A DNA stretch of 64,000 nt from an uncultured Spirochaetota bacterium (GTDB taxonomy: Bacteria > Spirochaetota > UBA4802 > UBA5550). Numbering within the stretch: the stretch's first letter is position 1; every line of letters starts with the position of its first letter. A program made the position numbers and the translations under genes. The notes under the pieces were generated by a model. It ran no database searches. It had not been told where the DNA came from and saw nothing but the letters and a program-made list of their open reading frames with translations. Shown here piece by piece: positions 1-10,359 of the stretch. The DNA lies in NCBI GenBank assembly GCA_963827275.1, contig CAWHAA010000010.1, forward strand, positions 224,001 through 288,000. The letters are read 5' to 3'.

Positions 1-1
1 A

Positions 2-1144
2 ATGACAATAATAAAGCAGGCATCACTTCAAGATAAAAATGCCATATGGGAATTCCTTAAAACCGCATATGAACATGAAGAGCACGGGTTTTCAAAATTA
101 AAATATCCCGAACGATGGATATGGCAGTTTCAGAAAAACCCCTGCCTCCGCCACGGACCGGAAAACAAATTGCCAATATGGATTGCGGTAAAAGACGGAA
201 AAATTGCCGGACAGGTATGCAGCACCCCGTGCGAATTGGTAATGGGCGATAAAAAATTCGACGCGACATGGCCTACCGACGGTATAACTCTCGCGACATG
301 CAGGGGTGAAGGCATATCATCCCGTCTCCAGAATACGATTTTCGAGAATTATCCGGTAGCGTTGGCAATCAGCATGGCCCCGATCTCCCGCAAAATATGG
401 GACAAGGCTGGCGGCATAGAAATTGATCCCCTCTATAACTTCTACTACCCGGTTTCAGCTGACAGCCATGCACTGTATCGTTATTTAAAAAAAAGGACGC
501 GCAACAGGCCCCGATTGCACAGGCTCATCATGCTTGCCTGCAACTATTTTTACTTTCATGGCGTACTGAGCGCAGGCGGCACCATCGCCATAATAATCAG
601 GGACCTGATAAAAAAACGGCCGAAATCAAAGCCGCAAACAACCATTAATGAAATCAATGGGTTCGATCATTCAATAGATGAGTTATTACACAAAACGCGC
701 TACGACTATACCGCCACAGTCGGCAGGAATTCCAGGTATCTTAACTGGCGATTTTTCGAGAACACCCAGATGGATTATCATGCTTTCATAGCGAAAACCG
801 GCAACGATACAAGAGGGTACATGGTCCTCAGGAAGCCGCATCCATTGGAAATCGGTATCGGCGTTATTGCCGACTTTTATACCACGAAGAAGGATATCGA
901 AACATTTAAAGAATTGATACGCCATGCCATCGGTTATTTTGGGAAATCAGTAACCAGCATTAAATGCTGCTCATCCGTTGAAGAATACAAAAATATATTT
1001 AAAAAATTAGGATTTATCGAATTGTCGCATTACCAGCCGCTGGTTATCTGCTCTCCCGCCATGCGGGAAGAATTAAAAGGCAAAACACGCGGCTGGTTTT
1101 TAACCGCGATGGACCATGATGTTGACCAGATAATTCCTTATTAA
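2..1144 (+). CDS. GNAT-family N-acetyltransferase-like protein (polysaccharide-locus type, two GNAT-like halves)
   Basis: 380 aa ORF; acetyl-CoA-binding-like 'CRGEGIS', 'RNSRYLNWRF' and C-terminal 'MDHD' motifs resemble EPS-locus GNATs; start lies at the window edge. Confidence 0.65.
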   Translation: MTIIKQASLQDKNAIWEFLKTAYEHEEHGFSKLKYPERWIWQFQKNPCLRHGPENKLPIWIAVKDGKIAGQVCSTPCELVMGDKKFDATWPTDGITLATCRGEGISSRLQNTIFENYPVALAISMAPISRKIWDKAGGIEIDPLYNFYYPVSADSHALYRYLKKRTRNRPRLHRLIMLACNYFYFHGVLSAGGTIAIIIRDLIKKRPKSKPQTTINEINGFDHSIDELLHKTRYDYTATVGRNSRYLNWRFFENTQMDYHAFIAKTGNDTRGYMVLRKPHPLEIGIGVIADFYTTKKDIETFKELIRHAIGYFGKSVTSIKCCSSVEEYKNIFKKLGFIELSHYQPLVICSPAMREELKGKTRGWFLTAMDHDVDQIIPY

Positions 1145-1197
1145 TATTCGGCGGCATGCGGCACATTACATAACTACAGGGACAAGGGATTACGAAC

Positions 1198-2058
1198 ATG
1201 AACACCAGGATACCTGCGCAACTTATGTTCTCATTTATTATTGCGATATTTATTCCAACAGGATGCGGAGATACTGCCATGAAGCCCTCTTCTTTTCAAT
1301 TGCTGACAGCATCAATCCAGGAAAAGGAATGGAAAGCCCTCTCGGGGAAAAAAATATATTTCGGGCATCAATCCGTCGGGTACGACATCATTGCCGGCAT
1401 TAAAGACATCATGGATAAAAACCGGAAAGTCAGCCTGAACATAAAGGAGACGGTTGATATGACGGGTTGTACAAACGGGGTTTTCGCCCATTCCCCGAAC
1501 GGCGAGAATGGGGATCTCAGGTCAAAAATCGACGCGTTTGTAAAAACGATGGAAGGCGGCATGGGACAACAGGCCGACATCGCTTTTTTTAAATTCTGCT
1601 TTGTTGATTTTAATGAAACTACCGGCATCAAAGAGCTCTTCAATTACTATCGGTCGGCCATGAAGGGCCTCAAGAAAAAATATCCGAACATAACCATTCT
1701 GCACGCCACGGTGCCCCTCACGACGGAGGGCGAACTCCTTGGCGTCAAAGACAAAGCCAAAGACCTGATAAAAATAATTCTGGGCAGGACAACCGGTGCC
1801 GAAAAGAACGCGATGGCCAACATCAAGAGAAACGAATATAATGCCGCCCTTATTAAAGAATATGGCAGGGCGTCAATTATTGATATTGCGCTCTATGAGT
1901 CCACGGGCCCGGACGGGAAACTATATACGGGGAACAATGCGGGGTCGGAACATGCATCGCTGGTACCGGCATATACCTATGACGGCGGACACCTCAATGA
2001 AACGGGGAAAAGGATCATCGCAGATAAATTCCTCGCGCAATTGGTGCGCATGCGGTAA
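1198..2058 (+). CDS. Putative lipoprotein with SGNH/GDSL-hydrolase-like fold
   Basis: Signal peptide ending PTGC; 'FGHQSVG' near the N-terminus and 'YDGGHLN' (DxxH) near the C-terminus. Confidence 0.55.
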   Translation: MNTRIPAQLMFSFIIAIFIPTGCGDTAMKPSSFQLLTASIQEKEWKALSGKKIYFGHQSVGYDIIAGIKDIMDKNRKVSLNIKETVDMTGCTNGVFAHSPNGENGDLRSKIDAFVKTMEGGMGQQADIAFFKFCFVDFNETTGIKELFNYYRSAMKGLKKKYPNITILHATVPLTTEGELLGVKDKAKDLIKIILGRTTGAEKNAMANIKRNEYNAALIKEYGRASIIDIALYESTGPDGKLYTGNNAGSEHASLVPAYTYDGGHLNETGKRIIADKFLAQLVRMR

Positions 2059-2114
2059 TGCCTCCGGAAGACCGGCGTTGATCCGGGTACTGCCTGGTTC
2101 CGGGGCTATTGAAT

Positions 2115-2378
2115 TTACGAGGTAACGGGAACTTTTTTCTTCGTTAAAAAGGCAAGGATATTATTTATCGAGTCGAGGTTCTCCGGGACTATCTCCTCGT
2201 CTTCAATCTTGATCGAAAACTGTTCCTCAAGGAATAAAACCAGCTCAAGGATCCCGGTAGAATCAACAATGCCGCTTTCAAGAAGGGACGTTTCAGGCAC
2301 AAGAACCGCACTGGCGTTTCTTCCGGTAATAAAATTTTCCTTGATATAATGTTCTATCATTTCCCTGGTATTCTGCAT
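2115..2378 (-). CDS. Acyl carrier protein
   Basis: 87 aa acidic protein with phosphopantetheine site 'GIVDSTGILELV' and 'IEDEEIVPENLDS'. Confidence 0.9.
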   Translation of the reverse strand: MQNTREMIEHYIKENFITGRNASAVLVPETSLLESGIVDSTGILELVLFLEEQFSIKIEDEEIVPENLDSINNILAFLTKKKVPVTS

Positions 2379-2652
2379 TACGTTACTCTCTCAAGTTATA
2401 TTGTTTTATCTGCCTGGGCCTGACATTAGCTGGCACAACACATTCGTATAGGCCATTGGTACAACATCGAGTTCTTTTTTGAATTGTATATATACATTAA
2501 TATTATACGTCAAGCCAATTTCCTTTTAGCATATTCAACCCTGGCAATTAATAGATGGCAGACAAGTCACATGCACGGACACACACGATCCAAACCGGCC
2601 ATACAGTACGCTATGCTCAACAAACCTGTTGTCTGGCCCCCTCCCCTTTTTA

Positions 2653-2704
2653 AATTGCCTGAAAAAATTCAGGCAATTGACATAAAACATATATTTAATA
2701 CTGT
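2653..2704 (+). promoter_or_regulatory. Perfect 11-bp inverted repeat overlapping a putative sigma70 -35 upstream of the nadE-like gene
   Basis: AATTGCCTGAA-AAAA-TTCAGGCAATT (2653-2678); TTGACA 2677-2682, 16 nt, TACTGT 2699-2704. Confidence 0.45.
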
Positions 2705-2750
2705 ACAAAAATGATTTCTTAAAATAGTATAATTCGCAGGAAATTATAAG

Positions 2751-3728
2751 ATGGGACACGCGAAAAAATTTAATATTGATATTCTAAAAATCGACCCGGA
2801 AGTTGAAACAAAACGGGTTGCTGATTTTGTCGCAGACCAGACCAGAAACGTCTTCCGCAGAAACGGCGTGGTGGTGGGCCTGAGCGGCGGCATTGATTCC
2901 GCCGTCATGGCTGCAATAGCGGTGCGCGCCGTCGGGAGGGAAAATGTCGCAGGCCTCATCCTTCCGGAAAAGGAATCCAACCCGGTCAGCAGCTCGTTCG
3001 CCGCAAAGCACGCGAAGGAGCTCGGCATCGAGTTCCGCGAGGTGGACATAACCCCCACCGTCGACAGTGTCGGCGGCTATAGCGCACGGGACGAATATAT
3101 CAAGACCCTGGTGCCGGAATATGAGCCGGGCTATAAGTACAATATCAGCCTGCCGGCCGACCTGCTGGAGCGCGACTCCTTCAATTTTTACGTGCTCCAG
3201 GTCCAGCTGCCTGACGGGTCCCTCAAAAAGAAGCGGCTCGGGATCGACGCCTTCCGCGCGATCACCTCCTTCGCGAATATCAAGATCCGTTCGCGCATGC
3301 TGCATCTCTATTATGAGGCTGAGCACAGCAACATGATTGTTGCCGGCACCACTAACCGCACCGAAATGGTCCTGGGCGATTTCTGCAAGTACGGTGACGG
3401 CGGCACCGACATTGAGGCCATCGCGTACCTGTACAAGAACCAGATATACCAGATCGCCGACTACGTTAACGTCATTCCTGAGATCATCAAGCGTTCCCCG
3501 AGCCCGGACACGTTCAGCCTGCCGGTCACTGACCAGGAATTTTTCTTCCGGATACCATTCGAAAAGCTCGACCACCTCCTCTACGCGTGGGAGAACAAGG
3601 TGCCCGAAGATGAAGTTGCGAAAGTGCTCGGCCTGCCCGTCGAAGCGGTTCAGAGATCATTCAAGGACTTTACCGCAAAAAACCGCGCCACTGCGCACCT
3701 GAGAGAGATGCCGCACGCGTTGTGGTAA
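2751..3728 (+). CDS. nadE: NH3-dependent NAD+ synthetase-like ATP pyrophosphatase (ACP/EPS-locus-associated type)
   Basis: PP-loop 'GLSGGIDS', 'NIKIRSRM', 'GTTNRTE', 'KYGDGG', 'PSPDT'; central insertion relative to canonical NadE. Confidence 0.85.
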   Translation: MGHAKKFNIDILKIDPEVETKRVADFVADQTRNVFRRNGVVVGLSGGIDSAVMAAIAVRAVGRENVAGLILPEKESNPVSSSFAAKHAKELGIEFREVDITPTVDSVGGYSARDEYIKTLVPEYEPGYKYNISLPADLLERDSFNFYVLQVQLPDGSLKKKRLGIDAFRAITSFANIKIRSRMLHLYYEAEHSNMIVAGTTNRTEMVLGDFCKYGDGGTDIEAIAYLYKNQIYQIADYVNVIPEIIKRSPSPDTFSLPVTDQEFFFRIPFEKLDHLLYAWENKVPEDEVAKVLGLPVEAVQRSFKDFTAKNRATAHLREMPHALW

Positions 3729-3862
3729 TTTTCTCAAAATATGACATATCACTCCATTAATGTTCATTTTTTATAACATATTCTCAATCCATTCAATTGC
3801 ATACAATGAGTTACCTTAAACGCTGATTTATTGCCCTGAATAGTTTACGTTGTAATAACCCA

Positions 3863-3891
3863 TTGACTGTGATGGCTCCTGTGATTATAGT
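3863..3891 (+). promoter_or_regulatory. Putative sigma70 promoter
   Basis: TTGACT-17 nt-TATAGT, ~230 nt upstream of the Fn3 lipoprotein start. Confidence 0.55.
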
Positions 3892-4119
3892 AGTATGTTA
3901 CAATATTGATTTTCATCAGTATATAACAAATGCTGCGTCTTCTATATTATATACCCGCCAAATTATTCTTGAATTATGTTTTGAGTGTTTCTATCATGGC
4001 AAAATATATACAATCAATAACATGTAATCGGAAAAGTCAGCAATTCATTGGGTAACCATACATAAATAGCCGCTTACATGTTATTGCGCAGTTGTTGGGT
4101 TCACACGGGGGGATCAATT

Positions 4120-5742
4120 ATGAACAGACGTACTATCGCATTAATTTTTATTTTGACAGCCTTTGTTGTATCATCATGCAATCCTGTCGGCCTTACAAGC
4201 CGCAATGACCAGAAACTGATGGTCCTCATCAGGGCGCTTCTTGCGGACGTCTCGGGAGCCCCGGTTGCCCCGAGCAATCTTACCGCGACCCCGGCATCCA
4301 GCTCACAGATAAATCTTTCATGGACCGATAATTCCACTAATGAAACCGGATTTATCATCCAACAGAGCCAGAATAACATCGACTTCACTCAAATTGCAGC
4401 AGTCTCTTCTAACGTAACGACCTACAATAACAGCGGCCTGGCACCCAGCACTACGTATTATTATCGCGTCCTGGCCTCCAACGGGTTCTTCAATTCAGAA
4501 TATTCGGAAGACTCCGCGACAACCGATGATCCGCCCGCATCTGCTCCAAACGACCCGAGCAATCTTACGGCTACCCCGGTATCCAGCTCGCAGATAAATC
4601 TTTCATGGACCGACAATTCGTCTGACGAGACCGGGTTCAAAATTCAACGCAGTGCAAATAATATTGACTTTGTTCAAATTGATACCGTCCTGGCAAATAT
4701 AACAACATATAACAATACCGGTCTATCCCCGAGTACCCCGTATTACTATCGCGTATATGCTTATAACGCTATAGACGATTCTACCGGGTATTGCGCGGCC
4801 AGCGCCACGACGTTGTCCACAACACAGATCATCGCTGACCACAGCATAGTTGACGATTATGACAACATACCGGCATTTTACATGGCTGAAGTAAAAAAAA
4901 TGATGGTCCACTTCCCCGGCGAATCGCATTCATCGGGCTATCGGAGGGGGATGGAGCTGCTCGAAGCCCAGAACGCCAGCTACGCCTGCAACGTATCAAC
5001 CGGCGAAGCGTATACAGACCAATACGTCCGGGTCAACGACTGGGGCTGTGGGGAAGCGACATGGTACACCTGGTATGCCTATGACGCCCATAACGGTGGA
5101 AATGTCGGCATCATTAAAGATCTTATTGATGAATACAACTCGCACGGGCACCCCATGCATGCCATAGGCTTCGGATGGTGCTGGGACACGACCTGGACGA
5201 ATGAACCAACCACAACGAAAGACCCGGTGTACGGGTGCGGATGGGCCGGTTCATCAGACGGCGGTCCGGACGGCAACCTCCCCTGGGGCCTGGATGCCGG
5301 CGATTTCTCCATTACCAACAACCGGGTCTCCATGGATACCTACCTCGGGGCCACTGAAGATTACCGGCTCTACTGTATCAGCCAGTCATATCCGACCAGG
5401 GTCATCTTCACAACCAGCCCGGCTGATGTGGGGGATGGGGCTGACAGTGAAAACGCATACCAGCGGTACCTCAAGCATGAGCATATACGCAATTATGTGG
5501 CGGCAAACTCGGCCCGCATCCTTTTTGACTACAGCGACATTCTCTGCCATAACGATGCCGGGGTAGAATATACGAAATCATGGAGCGGACACACCTATCC
5601 CGAAATTCATCCCGACAACATGCTTGACCTCGACGGGTTCTACGAAGAGGACGGGGACCACATAGGCGAGCGCGGCGCCGTGCGTTTAGCCAAAGCGCAA
5701 TGGTGGCTGCTGGCGCGTATAGCGGGATGGGACGGGCTTTAG
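4120..5742 (+). CDS. Lipoprotein with two fibronectin type III domains and a C-terminal SGNH-like domain
   Basis: ATG 4120 after GGGGGA; lipobox-like VSSC; two 'PSNLTATP.SSSQINLSWTDNS..ETGF...YYYRV' units; C-terminal 'GESHS...DGDHI'. Confidence 0.75.
   Translation: MNRRTIALIFILTAFVVSSCNPVGLTSRNDQKLMVLIRALLADVSGAPVAPSNLTATPASSSQINLSWTDNSTNETGFIIQQSQNNIDFTQIAAVSSNVTTYNNSGLAPSTTYYYRVLASNGFFNSEYSEDSATTDDPPASAPNDPSNLTATPVSSSQINLSWTDNSSDETGFKIQRSANNIDFVQIDTVLANITTYNNTGLSPSTPYYYRVYAYNAIDDSTGYCAASATTLSTTQIIADHSIVDDYDNIPAFYMAEVKKMMVHFPGESHSSGYRRGMELLEAQNASYACNVSTGEAYTDQYVRVNDWGCGEATWYTWYAYDAHNGGNVGIIKDLIDEYNSHGHPMHAIGFGWCWDTTWTNEPTTTKDPVYGCGWAGSSDGGPDGNLPWGLDAGDFSITNNRVSMDTYLGATEDYRLYCISQSYPTRVIFTTSPADVGDGADSENAYQRYLKHEHIRNYVAANSARILFDYSDILCHNDAGVEYTKSWSGHTYPEIHPDNMLDLDGFYEEDGDHIGERGAVRLAKAQWWLLARIAGWDGL
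4270..4810 (+). repeat. Intragenic tandem duplication (285-nt period) encoding two Fn3 domains
   Basis: CCGAGCAATCTTAC...CAGATAAATCTTTCATGGACCGA recurs at 4270 and 4555. Confidence 0.85.
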
Positions 5743-6024
5743 TTTCATATCAGCATTCGATACTATCCCTTAACCGGATTATTTAAAATAGCGCGGTCAA
5801 ATGGCTGTCGTAATCACCTGGTTTTTCTGGTATGGCCCCGGAGTGTTAATTCAATCCTTTTAAAATAATTCCATATGCAAAACCAATACAATGTGCATGT
5901 TCGCACATGATGGATATTCATACTATTAACCATTTACAAATCCGCATTTACAATTTTTTTATTTGCATTCACCGGCCTGTTGAATAAATTGTTTTCAGCT
6001 GCCTGCGGGAAAGGAGTATAAAAG

Positions 6025-6948
6025 ATGCTCAGCATTATTATCGTCAACTACAAGACATCAAAAGATATCAGTACATGTTTAGAATCAATCGTCCGGCATG
6101 AGAACCGATACAGGGAATACGAAATTATCATTGTCGATAATAACTCAAATGATCCCGGACTTGAAGCACTGGGGAGCAGGTTTTCCTTTATAAAGATCAT
6201 CAATGCCCCGAAAAACGGCGGTTTCGCGTACGGTAATAACATTGGCATAAAACATGCTGCCGGCGACTGCATTCTCCTGCTGAATCCCGACACCTATCTG
6301 GAAGATAACGGGATTGAGAAATTATATGAAAGGTTAAATAATGATCCGGGCCTTGACATTATCGGCCCCAAGCTCCTTAACGCGGACCATACGAATCAAT
6401 CGATCAGCGCGCCCAAGACATATCTGACCCCGTGGAATTTATTCTGCAGCCAGTTTTATTTAAACATACTGTTTAAAAAATCCAGGACATTCAATTCTTA
6501 TTACCAGACATACATGGATTATGATGCCGAAAGATTCGTGGAGCAGGTGTCCGGGGCTGTTTTCATGTTCAAGCGGAGGATCATTGACACGATAGGGCTG
6601 CTCGATGAAAATTATTTTCTGTATTATGAAGAATCAGATTATTGCCTGCAGGCGGTAAAAAACGGCTTCACCCTGCTCTACTATCCCGGGAGCAGTGTGG
6701 TCCATACCGGCCATACATCGACATCTGACATCAAGGAATGGTCCATCACTATTTTTATCGCTTCATTCAGGTATTACTTTAAGAAAAACTTTAGCCCGGC
6801 CGCGGCCTATATCTCCATTGCGTTATTGTTTATCGGATCATCGGTGAGGTGCATCATATACCTGTTGACCTTCAATAAGAATTATAAACACTATTATTGC
6901 CTGATAAAAAATATTATTACCGCCATGTTGCCTAAAAATATTGGATAA
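6025..6948 (+). CDS. Glycosyltransferase family 2 (WbbL-like)
   Basis: 'SIIIVNY', 'VDNNS', 'NGGFAYGNN', 'LLNPD', 'YYEESDYC'; AAGGAG RBS. Confidence 0.9.
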   Translation: MLSIIIVNYKTSKDISTCLESIVRHENRYREYEIIIVDNNSNDPGLEALGSRFSFIKIINAPKNGGFAYGNNIGIKHAAGDCILLLNPDTYLEDNGIEKLYERLNNDPGLDIIGPKLLNADHTNQSISAPKTYLTPWNLFCSQFYLNILFKKSRTFNSYYQTYMDYDAERFVEQVSGAVFMFKRRIIDTIGLLDENYFLYYEESDYCLQAVKNGFTLLYYPGSSVVHTGHTSTSDIKEWSITIFIASFRYYFKKNFSPAAAYISIALLFIGSSVRCIIYLLTFNKNYKHYYCLIKNIITAMLPKNIG

Positions 6949-7279
6949 TCCGGAAATGGCGGGCCGGTTTCTTGTGGCGGTCAGGAACAATTAACCTGGC
7001 CCTCTCCCCTTGATGAAAATTAAAAAATACTTGCTTTTTATAACCACCAATATAATTATCTTGTTAATATTTTTCATGTTTGCAAGCAACAACCGCCATT
7101 GAGAATATTCCGGCTGAGTGTATTTCCGATGTGCGAGCATTGTTGTTCGGGTATCACAAAAAACCCGGTTCATCTATAGAGCTTTTTTCTACCCTGCGAA
7201 ACAAACAACGCAGGCATGATGATATACTGTCAGTCTGCCATGCCATCTCACGGTTGGCGCATAACATCTTCTATGGGCG

Positions 7280-7909
7280 ATGAATAACATGAACACACTA
7301 TTCTACTATCTCTTTAAATTTTTCACCAGGGTAAAAATCAGGAATCTAATATTATATCTCGTCAAAAAGTTCGATGGCGGCGAAATCTACTCCGCCACGC
7401 TTCGGAAAATATACAAAGACTTTTATAATATTGACATAGGGATGTATTCAATGGGGACATGGTTCACCGGCTCCATTGATCCCTTTACAACGGTCGGGAG
7501 ATACAGTTCCATTGCCAGGGGCGCGACAATAATAAACCACAATCACCCCGTCGACTATAAATCGACGCACCCGTTTTTTTTCAACCCGGTCTTCAACTAC
7601 ACCGACAGCTGGAAGGTGCAATTCAATAAAAAAACAATCGGCAATGACGTCTGGATCGGGGCCAATGCAATAATAATGCCCGAAGTAGCGGCTATCGGAG
7701 ATGGCGCAATCATCGGGGCCGGCGCCGTTGTCAACAAGGACATCCCCCCCTACGCGATTGTCCTTGGCAATCCGGCGCGCATCATCGGTTACCGGTTTTC
7801 CCCGGAAATAATTGAACAACTCCTGAAATCCAGATGGTGGGAAAAATCAATTGATGAATTGGTGCCGGACATCAGTGAATTCACTCATTCCATGAAAGCC
7901 GGGCTGTGA
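7280..7909 (+). CDS. Hexapeptide-repeat O-acetyltransferase (CatB/Vat-like fold)
   Basis: '[13 protein letters not shown]', '[13 protein letters not shown]', 'GNPARII', 'WW' tail. Confidence 0.85.
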   Translation: MNNMNTLFYYLFKFFTRVKIRNLILYLVKKFDGGEIYSATLRKIYKDFYNIDIGMYSMGTWFTGSIDPFTTVGRYSSIARGATIINHNHPVDYKSTHPFFFNPVFNYTDSWKVQFNKKTIGNDVWIGANAIIMPEVAAIGDGAIIGAGAVVNKDIPPYAIVLGNPARIIGYRFSPEIIEQLLKSRWWEKSIDELVPDISEFTHSMKAGL

Positions 7910-7977
7910 TAGAATTCAACCAGGGCAGCGCAATATACCGGAACATGGATAGGCCTGGCCTCATCACGGCAGGATGA

Positions 7978-8793
7978 TCACGTTTTTATAAAATTCAGAA
8001 GTTTTTTCTTTATCGCGACGGCCAGGGGCATCCAGCTGTAAGCGCCTAAAATTTTCAATTTGTATTCTATCGGCCAATCCGATGTACCCATCTCTATTCT
8101 CCCCTTTTCAAATGCATCCGCGGGCATATATGGTGATTCAGAGTTGATGGTAAACACCTGCTCATATCCGGCCATTCTGCACAGAGTGATGGTTTCTTCG
8201 GAATAATCGCCGTAGGGAAACGCGATGTATCGTATTGGCGTCCCAATGGACGACTCGAGTATATTTTTTGATGCAAGTATTTCTTTATACGCGCTCGCGC
8301 TGTCGAGCGTGGAGAGCCTGCGATGGGTAACGGTATGCGAGCCGAACGTCACATATTCTGACGGTATCTTTTTTAATTCATCTGCCGTCGCGACTCTCTC
8401 GGACTTCTCTTTATCGCCCGGGCTGAAAGACCATCCGGGGCTTTTCCCGAGGAAGCCCGCGGGGATGAATATGGCAAAGGGAATGCGCCGCTTCAATAAT
8501 TCAGGCACGGCATTGTCGATTGCGCTGGTGAAGGCGTCATCGAAGGTAATGACGGAGTATCGCTTGCCTGCTTCCATATGATGATAATCGCCGGGACGGA
8601 TGGGCGTGGTGTTACGCGCAAGATATTCAATCTGGTCAATAAATACCCGGACGCCTTCAGGCGGTATGGAATGATAAAACAAAATGATACAGGAGGCTGG
8701 AATTTCACGATTGAACAGCTGCAACACGCGCAACGCCGGCTTCGCCAGCAGGATATATACGATGCTTATTATGATTTTCAATAACCGCTTCAT
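7978..8793 (-). CDS. Polysaccharide deacetylase (CE4)
   Basis: 'LFYHSI', 'ITFDDA', 'GSHTVTH', 'AFPYG'; likely start MKRLL at 8793. Confidence 0.9.
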   Translation of the reverse strand: MKRLLKIIISIVYILLAKPALRVLQLFNREIPASCIILFYHSIPPEGVRVFIDQIEYLARNTTPIRPGDYHHMEAGKRYSVITFDDAFTSAIDNAVPELLKRRIPFAIFIPAGFLGKSPGWSFSPGDKEKSERVATADELKKIPSEYVTFGSHTVTHRRLSTLDSASAYKEILASKNILESSIGTPIRYIAFPYGDYSEETITLCRMAGYEQVFTINSESPYMPADAFEKGRIEMGTSDWPIEYKLKILGAYSWMPLAVAIKKKLLNFIKT

Positions 8794-8871
8794 TTCCGCA
8801 CCATAATAATACTTCGCGTGCATTATATTCCCGCAACGAGGGACGGACCTCCCCGGGCCACCTTCCCCGTG

Positions 8872-10359
8872 CTAACCATTCCCCTGCTTAATTGCCGATG
8901 AAGAGACCCGCAGTATATGCAGGAGAAGGTAGCTGCCAAAAATCGAAGCGAATATAATCGCGAAAACAAGGCCCCAGATATATGAATAATTACTTTCTAT
9001 TAATTTCCTGAGAAAAATTACCAGTGTGATCCCGGCGGAAAATATTGCCGTGCTCGGGACCATGTCACGCCAATTAATATTCCACGGGATATGCCTCTTC
9101 CCGAGCATGCCGATACAGAATGTGTATATAAAATATGATATCATGGTTGCGTAAGCAGCGCCCCTGTACGATGTGTACGGGATGAGGATGAAATTCAATC
9201 CGATATTCGACAAAGTGGCCAGAACAATCCAGAGAAGCATGACTTTCGTTTTCTTGATAATCTCATACGGCTTGTGCGCGAATGTGCCGATTGAATTCAG
9301 GATTACCCCGGCAAACACGTACGGCAGGATAATACTCCCTTCACGGAACTCGGGGCCGAGGAATATCAGCGCAATATCCGCATGGAATAAAAACATCATG
9401 CCGACGGCCAGAAATCCGAGCGATATCATGTTTCCGATTATGAGCCCCAGCACTTCCCCCGTTTTTTTTACGTCATTGGTACCGGCGATTTTCATAAGGT
9501 ATGGGGCCAGCGTCAGGGTCACCGGGATAACAACAAGGAACACCGAACCTACTATCAACCTGTAATTCGCGTCGTAGATCCCGACATCCTTCACCCCGAG
9601 ATAAAATTGGAGTATATATCGGTCTGATACATCATGCAGGATACTGGTAAAATACCAGAACGTCATGGGAAGCCCAAACCTGACGAATTCATTGAACAGC
9701 ACCCAGTTCGATCTCTTTTTTACCGCATCAACAATTGATGTAATTTTCGGGAACCTTGCTTTTTTCCATAAAAATGGTATTAATATCGAGGAACTGATGG
9801 TAACAGACCAGAACATGACCTTAATATCCATGTGAACGATAAGGAAAACAAGGACCAGTCTCAATACAAACGTCACCAGACTGTCAGCCAATTTATAAAA
9901 AACAAATGATTTTGCCTGCATCTCGGCGGGCAGTATGGCGGTAAACAGGTCGAAGATGGATGTGCTGATAACATAGATAAGCATCGGGAACAGGAACGCT
10001 CCCATTTCCAGGGCAAGATACCGCTTGATGACAAGCACCGCGACCATCCCGAAAGTGCTCTCCAGGATGAAGATGAGCCAGATGCCCATGAAAATTACAT
10101 TCTTGATCTCCCTGACCTTTGCGGCATCAGTCTCGCCCGGGATGTACCGTCCCACGACCTGCTGAAGCCAGAAGGATGCCACCGACCTGAAGGTGTTCGC
10201 TATGATGAGGAAAAGGCTGAAAACTCCATATTCGGAAGCTGAAAAGTGACGGGTGAATATGGAAGAAGTAATTAATGTTATGGCCGCCGGAATAATAGTG
10301 CCCGGCACATACGTCACGATTTGTCTGAATATATTATTTGTTAAAATACTCTTAATCAA
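8872..10359 (-). CDS. wzx: Oligosaccharide flippase (Wzx/MATE-like)
   Basis: 495 aa polytopic membrane protein; 'SEYG', 'DRYIL', 'VGIY', 'GAAYAT'. Confidence 0.85.
   Translation of the reverse strand: MIKSILTNNIFRQIVTYVPGTIIPAAITLITSSIFTRHFSASEYGVFSLFLIIANTFRSVASFWLQQVVGRYIPGETDAAKVREIKNVIFMGIWLIFILESTFGMVAVLVIKRYLALEMGAFLFPMLIYVISTSIFDLFTAILPAEMQAKSFVFYKLADSLVTFVLRLVLVFLIVHMDIKVMFWSVTISSSILIPFLWKKARFPKITSIVDAVKKRSNWVLFNEFVRFGLPMTFWYFTSILHDVSDRYILQFYLGVKDVGIYDANYRLIVGSVFLVVIPVTLTLAPYLMKIAGTNDVKKTGEVLGLIIGNMISLGFLAVGMMFLFHADIALIFLGPEFREGSIILPYVFAGVILNSIGTFAHKPYEIIKKTKVMLLWIVLATLSNIGLNFILIPYTSYRGAAYATMISYFIYTFCIGMLGKRHIPWNINWRDMVPSTAIFSAGITLVIFLRKLIESNYSYIWGLVFAIIFASIFGSYLLLHILRVSSSAIKQGNG

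Noticed and set aside
2431..2447. Sigma54 promoter (TGGCAC; also 42111)
   Set aside because: No correctly spaced TTGC -12 element
7280..7909. Chloramphenicol/streptogramin resistance acetyltransferase
   Set aside because: The fold is shared, but the EPS-locus context indicates a sugar O-acetyltransferase
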